A DNA stretch of 32,046 nucleotides from Octopus bimaculoides (taxonomy: Eukaryota). The stretch lies in assembly GCF_001194135.2 (NCBI RefSeq), contig NC_068999.1, positions 4,574,149 through 4,606,194 of the forward strand, read 5' to 3'. Made by a program: the position numbers and the translations under genes. Shown piece after piece: positions 1 to 13,761 of this stretch (its first letter is position 1; each line of letters begins with the position of its first letter). Below the pieces are notes generated by a model, which was not told the origin of the DNA, searched no databases, and was given only the letters and a program-made list of their open reading frames with translations.

Positions 1-160
1 TATATATGTGTGTATATATATACATATATATATATACTTACATACATACACATATATACATTCATGTATATATGTATGTATATGCAGTTATATGAGTAGG
101 TTTTTATGTGTACGCGTATATGCACGGATGCGTTTTGGTATTAATACATATCTGTATATA

Positions 161-223
<63 letters not shown>

Positions 224-439
224 ATATGTCTATATATACATATATATGCATAACAATGAGAACGCATATAATTGTGTATATATCGATTCATATCCAAGTG
301 TTTCGGTATACAATTATATACACACATATTTAACTAGCTATACTTGCACACGTTCACGCACTATATATGCAATGCACACATGAACTCATATATTTACAGT
401 ACGTATATATACCTACATACTTACATGATATATACATAC

Positions 440-475
<36 letters not shown>

Positions 476-1399
476 NNNNNNNNNNNNNNNNATATATGTA
501 TGTATGTATATACACATATATTCATATGTATCTATATATATGTTTATATAAATGATTTATTGTCAAGATGGCTGTTTTGATGGAAATTGGCGTTGGGGGA
601 AAACGGATGTAACATGCTGAGGTGTTGAAATTCCATTTGAACCGATATACGTATATGTCTCTGTGTGTGTATATATATATATTCATGTATATATATACAT
701 ATACGTACATCTTCCTTCATTTCTTTTGTATAATTTTATACATTTGTTTCGTGGTTATTAAAAAAACATGTAAACCTCGATTTGAATATTCGTTATCACA
801 TGACCAACTATTCTGATCTCCTACTGTCTATTTCCCTTGCAAACAGTGGCTCCCTCTTTTGACTGAGTCTCTCATTATAGTTTCGAACTTTATTTCTCAC
901 CTTGCACGTCTTCGTGTCTCTTTTTCTTCCTATCTGTCTCCTCGTGTGTCTCCTTTTTCCTCCCCGAGTCCCTGTCTTTCTGTCTGTCTGTGTGTCTGTG
1001 TTATTACTGATGTCGTCTTTTTTGTTGTGATTTCTTCCGCAGACGTTTCTATTTCAATTTTTGGTGGAGCTGTTGTCGCTTCCCGTTCATTGTGTTATTG
1101 TTTTTGTCGTTGTTAAACTTCTGAACGTCCTTCTCTATGAAACCCTAGCTAAGATGTTGTTTTCAAAGTTGTAGTTGTTGTTATTGATGATGATGATGAT
1201 GATGATGATTTATGTACTGATACTGCTGATGGCGACACAGTTGTTGTTGTTGTTGCTGTTGCCGGTTTTGTTATTGTTGCTGTTGCTGTTGGTGCAGTCG
1301 CTGCAACTGACGACGGTGATGTTGCTCTCATTGACGCTGTTATTGCCAAGAAGTGTCGGTCATCAATGGATTATTCAGAAATACAAAAAGGAAACGAGA

Positions 1400-2120
1400 C
1401 ACCAACGGGTATGGCCAATAGAACACTCTGACTATAGCACAGAACACTCAGGAGTATAATCTATCACAGTAGTCCCCAAACCTTTTCAGGCCGCCGCCCC
1501 CTTGGCACCCAGGTTACATTTCTAGCGCCCCTCACCCTCTCCACCACAAATACACCACTTTTCCAAATTCAAAACAACTGTATTTCACAAATAAAGCTTA
1601 AACCTAATTAACCTATTAATATTTTTTTTAAAAACCTATCACCCATTTTGACCATCCCATTACCATCCCACTTTTCTTCAATTCCCCCATCCCTGGGTCT
1701 TTCTACCGTCCCCAAAGGGGCAGTACTTTTCACTTTGGGAACCACTGGTCTACTAAACACCAATCAGTATGTTACAGAAAAGAAAAGAAAAGCAAAATAT
1801 ATTCCGCAAAACTCTCGGGTGTATAAACCACAGAAAATTAGTGAATATATCAAAGTGTATACACAGGAGTATAATCCCACAAAACAACAAAGAGTATACG
1901 ACAGAGCACCAAGGAATATCTCATAGAACGTTGAAGAGTATATCTCACAGAACATCCACAGAACATCCAGGAGTACAGCACGGCAAGGAAAAGACCGAAT
2001 ACGTATAATTGCACGAAATATTAAGGTGCGTCATACAGAACAACTGGAGGTGTATACCTGAAAATACTACGGAGTCTACGAAAAGACGCTAAGAAACATC
2101 TCGCAGAAAATTAAAATCGG
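1400..2120. repeat. Degenerate 21-24 bp minisatellite (GGAGTAT..CACAGAACA-like), interrupted by the hAT element
   Basis: Recurrent AGAACAC/AGAACATCC and GGAGTAT/AGAGTAT motifs, e.g. agaacactc at 1420 and 1441, cagaacatcc at 1948 and 1959. Confidence 0.45.
1467..1747. mobile_element. Non-autonomous hAT (Charlie/MER5-like) DNA transposon, 281 bp
   Basis: TIRs CAGTAGTCCCCAAA (1467-1480) and revcomp CAGTGGTTCCCAAA (1734-1747), 12/14 identical and typical of hAT-Charlie ends. The 8-bp flanks atctatca / gtctacta are a degraded TSD sharing the nTCTA core. Confidence 0.7.
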
Positions 2121-2291
2121 AGAAGCAGACAAATGATGCACTAATATTTGTTGTTGCTGTTGTTGTAATTACGGTGAGGAAGACGTCTAAAAATTTGGTA
2201 CAGTTTCTCAACATTTGCAGTTTCCCTCTATTTGCTTATGGCATGAACGTACATGTGAATGGCTTAATTCAAGAGTAGACTCCTGCATACG

Positions 2292-2395
<104 letters not shown>

Positions 2396-2688
2396 AATAC
2401 ACATACATATGCACACACACATATACATACATCCGTACATACAGTCATACACATATGTCCATTTGTATATTTATGAATATGTATAGACACACACACAAGC
2501 ATATAGATGTACAGATAGGTAGATAGACGGACAGATAGACAGACAAACATGCAGGCAGACTGACAGTCAGATAGACCGACAGATACATAGATATAGGTAT
2601 AGGCGGAACTGATACAGCATCGGACGTGTTCCCATGTGACATCTGCTCTGGAAACGTTTGCAACAACAATAGTCACAAAGTAAATATG

Positions 2689-2743
<55 letters not shown>

Positions 2744-3329
2744 TGCGCATAAGCGCATATGCATCTATGTTTTGTTTTGATATTTGTTTTGGAAAAGTCT
2801 TGTTATAAAACGTGTGCTGAAACGGATATTCTTTTATATTCTTTTATATTTCTCTCAAGAAAATACACGCAATGGTTGTATTTCACTTCAATTTAACAAC
2901 AATTAGTTACAATAATTTGTTAATTAGTTTGTCAAATTTCTTTTTTTTCAGCCATTGTACTTATCGATATGTCCTTCTTATGTACTTTGTGCTTTGTCGC
3001 TCTATCATCTATTCCTTTTATTTTTGTTTTTATGTTTCTATATGAAAAACAGTTTATTCATTTATTATTTATTATTTTTTTTCTATTTATAGTCATACAT
3101 GTTGGTTCATTATAATTTTTCATTACTATAGACAGAAGCCATTTTGACTCATCATAGGCCATGTCTACATCCAGAATATTTCCGATAATAACACTGTAAC
3201 TTGTATTACAGCTTTTAGTCACGTGATCAGCGAAGAATCGCGAGACACCGAATAACAACAGGAGCCAATTTCACTTCAGTGCTATAATAGATACGTACAT
3301 ACATACATACATACATACACACACATATA

Positions 3330-3367
<38 letters not shown>

Positions 3368-4663
3368 NNNNNNNNNNNNNNNNNNNNNNNNNNNNNNNNN
3401 NNNNNNNNNNNNNNNNNNNNNNNNNNNNNNNNNNNNNNNNNNNNNNNNNNNNNNNNNNNNNNNNNNNNNNNNNNNNNNNNNNNNNNNNNNNNNNNNNNNN
3501 NNNNNNNNNNNNNNNNNNNNNNNNNNNNNNNNNNNNNNNNNNNNNNNNNNNNNNNNNNNNNNNNNNNNNNNNNNNNNNNNNNNNNNNNNNNNNNNNNNNN
3601 NNNCTCGCATGTGTGTATGTGTGTGTATGCGTGCGTGGATGTGTGTGTACATGTACGTACTTCCATATGACATCCATATAAGTACAGATGTATGTTTTAA
3701 TTACTAATAACCTTAAGAATGGACGGAGTGAAATAATATTTTGTCAATGAGCAAATAAATAAATAAATAAATAATCTATTTGGACCGTTTGTTTCGAATT
3801 ATACTGTTGTTGCGTATTTGTTTATATAGATGTAACGAGTTGATTTAAGCTTCCGGAGAGGCGGTTCAAGTGACACGCATGGCGATGCAGAAGCATACAC
3901 TCTCCTTGACTCACATTTTTACACTCACTAGGAAAGGCATGAACAACACAACTACAGAATTTATTGGATTCTTCACTGCATGAAAATTGTTTTGCCTGTT
4001 TTTCTTTTTTTTTGTGTCACGAGAAGATATGTTTGTGGGTGTTTTGGGGATAATTCAACGGCGGATTATGATTTTACCAAATATGGAAGACAACCGAGAT
4101 CGATTTTTGTGTTTGGTATATGTATAATTGATTACATTGATCAAAGAACTTGATTGGTACTTTATCTGATCGATCATGGAAAGGTGAAGAGTTTTAAGCG
4201 AATGGCAGAATAAGTTAATCACCAGAAGAAATTGAACAGAATTAAGAACGGAAATCCTTGTTACTCTAAATTCTTCCAAAGCGATGACGTCAATACAAAT
4301 TTCTCACGTATTCTTTGACATCTGTAGAGAAACTGAAATCCAGTTGGAAAAGCCAGAAGACGTAACCAAAGAGTGACGGTATTTTGCTCCAAGTATTATA
4401 GATTCGGATAATTCCTCGTTCTTTTACTGCAGAATTTATATAATTTGTACCATGATCTATATTTCGACAATCTTGAAATGACCCTCAAATCATCACCATA
4501 ATGAGCTATTTTTTTTTCTTTTCTTTTCAGTATTATTCATTACATCGTTTCCTTTTGTGATTTGCATCCACGTGCGAATATTTTTTTTTTCTCTCACCGT
4601 ATTCAGATTAGTATTGGTGAGTTGGTTTTTGCGTAGGGATTAATCTTTTATCTCGATTAATTT

Positions 4664-4982
<319 letters not shown>

Positions 4983-5055
4983 CTCCCACACTTTGTGTCT
5001 GTCTTTGTATTCTACCCCTCACCCTTTGCCGTGCTGGAAAGTAAATGAGACCATT

Positions 5056-5135
5056 ATTATTAATTAATTAATTAATTAATTAACTAACTAATTAATTAAT
5101 TAACTAATTAACTAATTAATTAATTAATTATTAAT
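5056..5135. repeat. (TTAA)n / TAATTAAC low-complexity repeat
   Basis: Seen directly. Confidence 0.85.
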
Positions 5136-5589
5136 TGATTAATTTGTTTTATTATTAAACGCGGTTTAAACTCATGATAACATATCTTTTCAGTCGGTCA
5201 TGATAGAATGAAAACATTTTTTCCATTCCATCAAGACCGATTGGAGAAACATTTTATTATCACAGATGGAAACTTAAAGTTTCTCCCTAATGGTTTCAGC
5301 TGATTGAACAATATAAAGGGCCATCGGCTGTCGCTTGAAGCAGCTCATAGGTTTCGGTTTTACATCTTACAACCTTAACGCCTATTCTCCTTTATATACT
5401 TTTTTTAATGTCTGAATTTAGAAAATCTGCTTAGTCACAGTTAATGTCCATGGGCGTGTCTTTCCAAACCACCTCATTGTTCTACTTAGCATTGTAGCAT
5501 CGCAACTAACACCGAACAGACTTCTCATATCTTTCTTTCATTTTCTTACTACATCTTTCTCGCATTTCCCTCTTTTTATTTCCTACTTA

Positions 5590-5591
<2 letters not shown>

Positions 5592-5643
<52 letters not shown>
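5592..5643. repeat. (CT)n microsatellite
   Basis: Seen directly. Confidence 0.97.
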
Positions 5644-5651
<8 letters not shown>

Positions 5652-6149
5652 CTCATATTTGTTATACACGCCTATCCTGTTATGCTAAGAGCCCCCCCCC
5701 CAAAAAAAAGCTGTTGCTGAAGACTAGGTCTTATGGCTTAGCTATGCCACCTTTACGACAATAATCATTTCTAACATTGTCACACAGTCACACATTTCAG
5801 GCGCCATTAAATATTTTGTGTTGATAATTTTAACTAATTTAAAATCTTTATTACATTAGTTTAGACAGTTTCTTCCTTTTGTTTGCAGTTTATTCTTCAT
5901 ATTTCCTCAATTGTTACTGAGTTGTTTTATTTATTTACTCCAAGATAAGAAAATCAGACGTCGATGTGAGTAGGTTGAAAGTGGAATAAGTCGCTCAGGG
6001 TTTTCCGGTCTGGTGTATAGAATGCTGCTTTCCGATATTTTGGTAACTTTTAGAAACTGAAAGCGATTGTCATACAACTGAGTGTAACTGTCAAATAACT
6101 GGGCACATTGTCAAGAAACCGAAAACGAAAACTATTAAGAAGTTGAGAG

Positions 6150-6790
6150 AAATTGTCAATTAGTTGTAGATGATAATTGTCAAATAATTGAAAATTAATT
6201 GTCAGCTAACTGACAGAAATTGCCAAATAGCTATGAGTAATGTCATGTATCTAAGATAATTGCTAAATGGCTGGGAGTAATTTAGAAGTTGCCGTGTGTA
6301 ATTGTTAAATAGTAAAGAGTAATTGCAAAATAGTTGAGCATAATTGTTAATTAAGTAGGAGAGAATGATTGTGAAATAGCTTGCAGCAATTGTCAAGTAG
6401 TTGGGAGAAATTGTCAAAACGCTGAGTAATTGTGAAAGAGCCGGGACTAATTGTCAAATAACAAGCATTAATTATCAAAAGAGCTGAGTCAATGATAAGT
6501 AACTGAATGTCATTGACAATTGGCTGAATGTAATTTTAATTAGAGTAATTGACAATTAGAGTAATTAGAGTAATTGACAAGTAGCTGAATATAATTGTAA
6601 TTGTCAAGTAGCTGAGTGTAATTGACAAATAGCTATGAGTAGCTGTCGAGTAGGTGGCACTGATTTTCAAATAGGTAGCAGCAATTGGCTGGTAGTTAAG
6701 AGGAATTAACATGTTATCTAGTAGCTAACTGTAATTGTCAAATTGCTGAAAATAATAGTCAGGTAGCTACGAGTATACAATTAGTAACTT
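6150..6790. repeat. Degenerate ~21-bp tandem repeat, approximate consensus AATTGTCAAATAGCTGAGAGT
   Basis: AATTG-type anchors at 6197, 6218, 6239, 6258, 6279, 6300, 6321, 6342, 6367, 6388, 6409, 6428, 6449, 6470 (mostly 21-nt spacing). Confidence 0.8.
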
Positions 6791-7199
6791 CAATATATTT
6801 GATAACACAGGCTGGTATCCGGATTATTATAAATAATCCCTTACGAGGAAATTAAATCTTCACTACTTGAATTATANNNNNNNNNNNNNAGTAGAAAGAT
6901 AAATTTTATTCAACGCATAGATACTGAACAGTATAGATATAAAGGATAAAATCCTTTTTTCTTTTCTTTTTTTTCTTTTTAAAAGCAGAAAAAAATTGTC
7001 GGCAACCAGCCATGAGGAACGAACTCACAATGTTTGTTTTTATGTTCAGTTATACTAAAAACAATTTTAAATTCATCTTTAGGAATTACTTTATACTTAC
7101 GTAGAATACAAATTTATTATTCTAAAACAAGAATATTATTGACAGTCACCTGTCATTTCTAATGACGATCAATTAGGATTTTGTTACGTTTCTTTGACC

Positions 7200-7340
7200 A
7201 AACAATGCGGTGAATTGGTGGAATTGTCATATCTTAGACAAGATATCTTGCAGCATTTGATCCGATTACTTACGTTCCACGTTCAAATCCTGACGAAGTC
7301 AATTTCACCTCTCACCCTTCCGGAGTCATTATAATACGCC
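7200..7340 (+). mobile_element. Degraded SINE, family 2
   Basis: ttacgttccacgttcaaatcctgacgaagtcaatttcacctctcacccttccggagtc resembles the B-box/body of the copies at 26983 and 28030. Confidence 0.45.
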
Positions 7341-7613
7341 AATCGAGAGAGGTAAATTGGCGGGAATGCTAGCATGTTGGATGAAATGTCTTGTAGTCTT
7401 TGTTTTAGTTTCTTTGATGCGCTGAATCTTCAAACATACATTGTAAACTTTGGTTGGAATGTAAACAAGATGGTGTCTTCAAAAAATACCGCAGGTGAAG
7501 CAATGGGAAGATGCGCATACCGTCAGCCACCAAGGGACATGCTCAACTGGTTATGGTCAAACGAATGACATGCAAATCTGTGGTATTGAGCAGAATATTT
7601 GGTGTAGCCAATC

Positions 7614-7647
<34 letters not shown>

Positions 7648-7655
7648 GTTGTTGA

Positions 7656-7704
<49 letters not shown>

Positions 7705-7707
7705 GCT

Positions 7708-8499
7708 ACTATTCAAAAGCTATTACAAGCTAATTTAACAAGCAGAAATGTTACCCTGAGGTTTGGTAACAAGTCACTTAAAATCGCAAGAATCTTTTTC
7801 AGAATTTTTAGAAAATACAAAACGGCACTCTTCTACAGGCTGGGAATACGTGCCTCAATTTCAGGATCCTTCAGACGTTTAGGTGACACTCTAGTTATTG
7901 TGCCAAGTGCACCAATTAATACAAGAACAATCGTTACCTTTGTCTTCCACAATCTTTTTACCTGTTTGGTTAGGTTCTGGTATTTCTCATTTTCTTCCCG
8001 TTTCTTTAGCTTCCACTCTCTTATCATAACATTACACTAATTTTTCCTTTCTGCACCCAGCAACTACATCTGGCCTCGTAGCTTCAATAACATGGCCAGT
8101 CTTTACGTAGAAATCCTGCAATTATTGTTCTGCATTACAGCCCCTGTTTCATGTTCATGCTTCTTTGTTGCTATTTTTGAATCGATAAAAAACCTAAGAT
8201 CCTTATGCATTTTTACCTACACAGTCACGCCTGTGCTTATACTATTTTTCTGATAGCTTACTGCATTCACTTAAAAGAGGATTAATATTTTCGTCTCTCT
8301 TTTCACAGATTCTGTATTTGCTCTCTGACTGAGTTTTACCAATCTTTGCCGTTATCAAATTCGTTATAATAGCCTCTTTCTGAGTGGCTATAATTAGCTA
8401 TCCGATTTCTCCTTAAAGGGTTCCATTAGTGCATCACAACTATCGTGCTTTACTTACAACATCCTCAGTTCCTTGCTTGAATTGACCACGTAAACCCTT
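7708..8499 (-). mobile_element. 5'-truncated R4/Dong-clade (RLE) non-LTR retrotransposon, copy A (decayed)
   Basis: Minus translation with stops and frameshifts: KGLRGQF...GTL*GEIG*LIIATQKEAIITNLITAKI...KYRICEKRDENINPLLSECSKLSEK*YKHRRDCVG (decayed CCHC knuckle), HVIEATRPDVV (RPD at 8068-8076), EKYQNLTKQVKRLWKTKVTIVLVLIGALGTI, L*KSAVLYFLKILKKIL. Ends in an (AAC/AAT)n tail. Confidence 0.85.
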
Positions 8500-8519
8500 A
8501 TTATTATAATCATTATCAT

Positions 8520-8963
<444 letters not shown>

Positions 8964-10647
8964 TCAACTGTTTCAAAAGTGAGGGTGGAGATGGAAGTGC
9001 TCCTCCCCTCACTCGAGCGAGTTTTTTAAAAAATTTGTGTGAATGTGGCAGAAATGGTTATGGTGAATAGACATATTCTAAGCATGCGCCTACAGACTGA
9101 AGAATCAACAGTTGTGTGAGGGATTTTGCCCCAGGTAGCCATATTGATCCTATCCTGAATACTGCGGTTTCTTTGACTGATCGGAGTTGGAAGCTCCCCT
9201 GTATCAGGCGGACCGCATCATCCATATGCTCCCATATTTTTTGCCTACCATATCTTCTTTATCTCATTTTCCCAATTCTCTCTTTCTTTTCCCACGTTTT
9301 TATGCAACCCCCACAACCACACTGATAGTAACATGTCCTTGCGATTCCCCCCCACTCATCTTATATGCTTGAGACAAATAGAAGAGACCCTCCTCCTCCT
9401 CTTCCTCCTCCTCCTCTTCCTCTTCCTCATTATCATCACCATCGTTATTGTTGTTATTACCACAACGTTTCACCCTTTGTGTGAATTACTCGAAAGCCAG
9501 ATTTCTTTTCAGGTTGTCCGGTGGTCACTGATACAACCTATCGTATGAGTAGCCCCAAATATCACAAGCAACAGAGGTACCTGTAATAAATGTGGTTCCA
9601 TCCGAATCTTCTGCGCATGCTCTCTTGTTCATTAAAGAAAAAAAATAAGAGACTGAAAGAATCTAACCCAAAATACAAAATATCTTTATGGCAAGGCAAG
9701 AATAGCCATCACGACGATCCCCATCAACAGCAGTAGCATCATCATCCTCATCATCACTGTCGTCATCGCTGTCATCATCATCATCATCGTCGTCGTCATC
9801 GTCATCGTTGTCGCCGTTGTTGATGCTGTTGAGTTTGTATTGGTGACGCTCGAAACAAAAAGGTTATTGTCATGGAAACGACAAAATTCTGAAGATGTTT
9901 TTCAAGTGTCTCGAATTACCGAAAACCGTCGAAGAATGTAGAATGGAGAAATACGTTTTTCAGGAGAAATTTACAGAGGTTTCAGAATGGTTAATATTGT
10001 GCCGACAGCAATTTTGGTCAAGGATGGTTCTATAACCGAATATTCTGTAGCGTTCATTAGCGTGTTTTAAACCCTCTAGGCTAAATATGAAGTCTATACA
10101 CACGCACACACATACACACACATATGTGACATATTGAAGATATATATATATATATATATACACATATTTATATATTATGCATATGATTGCATATATATAT
10201 ATGTAGATATATTACGTATATATACATAATATATATATATATGTTTATTGTAATTATATATATGTATTTATCATGTATATATTATATATATATATATTTG
10301 TGTTATATATATCATCATGTACATATCATATATATATATATATATATANNNNNNNNNNNNNNNNNNNNNNNNNNNNNNNNNNNNNNNNNNNNNNNNNNNN
10401 NNNNNNNNNNNNNNNNNNNNNNNNNNNNNNNNNNNNNNNNNNNNNNNNNNNNNNNNNNNNNNNNNNNNNNNNNNNNNNNNNNNNNNNNNNNNNNNNNNNN
10501 NNNNNNNNNNNNNNNNNNNNNNNNNNNNNNNNNNNNNNNNNNNNNNNNNNNNNNNNNNNNNNNNNNNNNNNNNNNNNNNNNNNNNNNNNNNNNNNNNNNN
10601 NNNNNNNNNNNNNNNNNNNNNNNNNNNNNNNNNNNNNNNNNNNNNNN

Positions 10648-10696
<49 letters not shown>

Positions 10697-11999
10697 GACA
10701 CGCACAGGTTTGGAATACATTGCAAAATGCTATATCACAATTTTGTTTTCTTTCTTTCGTCTTATACAAATATCTTGTCTGTTCATCCATAATTTTTGTC
10801 AACTCATTAATCTTAACAGCAATGAATTAATTACTTAATATTTTTAAATACTTAAAATATCCCACAAAAGCAAAAATGAATGTGTTTGTAAACCAGGTTT
10901 TCTCTCTCCATTTCCTTTTTCTTTTGTCTGAGAAGGATGTCTTTCGGAACCCATACATACATACATGCATACATGCATACATACATACATACACACATAC
11001 ATACGTACATACATACATACATACATACATACTTACGTACTCACATACATGCATACGTACGTACGTACGTACATACATACATACAAACAAAAGTAGCCTG
11101 TTGATGTTGAAATTCCAATGTAGAAGCCTTGGATCTAGGTTAGAAACCGGCTCTTTCTCTATTGGCCTGAAATCTTGAAATAAAATTAACGGCATACATA
11201 CATACATACATAGTACACGCATGCATACATACATATATATATGTACGTATGTATTTTATACATGTATATAAGTATATATATATGTAAATAAATATATATA
11301 CATATGTATATATGTATCTATGCATATATACGTATGTGTGTATGTATATATGCATATGTGTATATATATCTATATATATGTATGTATATGTATATATATA
11401 TACATACATACCTACATACATATATATATATATGTATATACATATATACATACATACATATATATATGCATACATGCGCAGTTGTATATAAATACATCTA
11501 CAAACAGCTATGCACATACCGACATACTTACACGCACGCACGCGCGCATGCACGCACGCAAGTACACACGCACGCACGCAGGTACACACACGCGCTCGCA
11601 AGTACACACGCACTCACGCACACGCACCCCTGCGATCGAACGCAGAAAGTTGGATGATGGAAAGTTTTTTTGCTTGAGTTGAAAAATAAATAAATAAAAA
11701 ATAAAAACTAAAACTTTGTTATCACTGTCCACCAGATGGCGGTAAAAGCAGCACTCGCAGCCACTACGATAGACCATGTCTTACACATTCAACACAAAAC
11801 GAAACAAAACAAGAAAATTAAAATTAAAAAAAAAGACCCAAACAAACATAACAAAAAAAATACCTTTTACAATATATATAAAAAAAACAAATAAAACATG
11901 ATGTTGTGAATGACTTTTCGATGCCCATCCCGCACCGAAAGAAAAAAAAATATGTTCCTACAGACAGTTTCAACATCACCATCATCATTATCATCACCC

Positions 12000-12078
<79 letters not shown>

Positions 12079-12222
12079 AGTATATTTTCCAGTTCATTGG
12101 AACTCTTNNNNNNNNNNGTTTTTTTTTTTTTTTTTTTCTGCAATGTCTAAGATTTCCCCTCCCAGTTCAATGTCTGTGCTGCACTTAGAGTTGTACAGTA
12201 CAGTATAACAAAGTACTGTGAA

Positions 12223-12260
12223 GTACTACGGTACTCTGCGGTACTCTACGGTACTCTGTG
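12223..12260. repeat. Short 10-bp tandem repeat (GTACTCTRCG), about 4 units
   Basis: gtactacg gtactctgcg gtactctacg gtactctgtg. Confidence 0.8.
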
Positions 12261-12741
12261 AACACTGATGATGCCTGATGCTGAAATCTGCCATATTTCC
12301 TAGCGGAGATGAGGAGGAGACAGTTTCGATTCTTTTTCTTCGGTTTGGAGTTGGGTTTCATCCGTTGAAGAATTTGGTTATCAAGATCGCAGAATGGTGT
12401 GGAAGGTTTGTCTAAAGATGAAACATGGCGAAGTAGGAGTTGTTGTTGTTGCTTTTTTTTTCGTAATTGTTGTTGTTATTGCGTGTCGTCATCGTTGTTG
12501 TTGTTGTAAATGATCCTGTTCTTGCCTTGTCTATTGTTGTTGTTGTTGCTGTTGAAGAATTTAAAGACTCCTCGTCAAAAATCCGATGCAATGGCTAGCA
12601 GAATTTATCCAACATGTCAACTAGATGTCACACTCTGTCCTCTAATCTGTTTTTGTTGATTAAATGTCTTCTGTGCCGACATCTATATATACATACATAT
12701 ATATTTACATTTATATGTGTATATATATATATGTATTTGTA

Positions 12742-12782
<41 letters not shown>

Positions 12783-12844
12783 TTGTGCGTCTGTGCGCGC
12801 GCACATACATGTATATGAGCGAGCTGATGTGAGTNNNNNNNNNN

Positions 12845-12886
<42 letters not shown>

Positions 12887-13343
12887 AGAGTGGAGTGTAT
12901 GTGCGTGTAGGTGTGTACGAGTTACGTATAGAGACATGTTGCTAAGCAGACTGACGGCCACGGAAACTGTTCTCTCGAATTTTCTTCTTCCATGTTGACG
13001 GTCTGAAAAGGAAATATCAGACGGTTAAAATGTGGTAGGATTCAGGGAAAAAGAATGGTTATTGTTAGGAAGACGATGATAATGGTTACGTTGATGATGA
13101 TGACAATGATGATAACAATGATGGTGGCGACCACGCAGACGACAAAATGATATCGATGACAATGAAGATGACGACAACGATGATGATGATGTCGCTGATG
13201 ATGATGATGACAATTATGACAGCGATTAGAGATATCGTGACAGAAAAAAAAATGAATGAATATAACAGACAAGCATTCAGACAAACACATGCGCAGATAT
13301 TGAGATAGACTGCTATAGAGAGAGACAGATCGCTAGACATTTG

Positions 13344-13370
<27 letters not shown>

Positions 13371-13376
<6 letters not shown>

Positions 13377-13453
13377 CAAACTTGCAGCCCTACGACCATG
13401 ATCCGATCGTAGGGTCGCAAGTTCGAGCCTAACCACTAAGCAACGCGCTTTCA

Positions 13454-13455
<2 letters not shown>
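13371..13455 (-). mobile_element. tRNA-like SINE head fragment with internal hairpin
   Basis: Minus strand gcttagtggttagg (A-box-like) ... gcaagtttgatt (B-box-like); abuts (TA)n. Confidence 0.45.

Positions 13456-13525
<70 letters not shown>
13456..13525. repeat. (TA)n microsatellite
   Basis: Seen directly. Confidence 0.97.
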
Positions 13526-13531
<6 letters not shown>

Positions 13532-13565
13532 AATTGGTACAAACGAGATAATATATAAACAGTCA

Positions 13566-13570
13566 GATAA

Positions 13571-13620
<50 letters not shown>
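13566..13620. repeat. (GATA)n tetranucleotide repeat, 3' of the arrestin stop codon
   Basis: Seen directly. Confidence 0.95.
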
Positions 13621-13622
<2 letters not shown>

Positions 13623-13761
13623 ACAGGAAGAGAGAAAAAGAAAGAAAAGAAAAAAGAAGAAATGCCTAGAAACTGAAAAAGGAGGAAAGAACAATAGGTA
13701 AAATTTCTTACAAGAGATGGAATTTTTCCCCCAAAAATGCGAATGGTCGGAAATAGGGACT

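Noticed and set aside
6202-6417. 71-aa ORF with NY every 7 residues, resembling a heptad repeat protein
   Set aside because: It is a by-product of the 21-bp DNA repeat. The 19- and 25-bp units break the frame, and there are no splice signals or homology.
6150-6790. CRISPR-like repeat-spacer appearance
   Set aside because: The context is eukaryotic, the anchors are only about 5-9 nt and degenerate, the period of 21 is far too short, and there are no cas genes.
7500-7614. Possible third interspersed repeat abutting the Dong-like nest
   Set aside because: It seems familiar, but there is no second copy in the window and no diagnostic motif, so it cannot be supported without a search.
12120-12650. 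Unique-looking sequence with short open minus-strand frames downstream of the arrestin stop
   Set aside because: No PPxY, no recognisable domain and no convincing splice pair; treated as possible 3' UTR or intergenic DNA.
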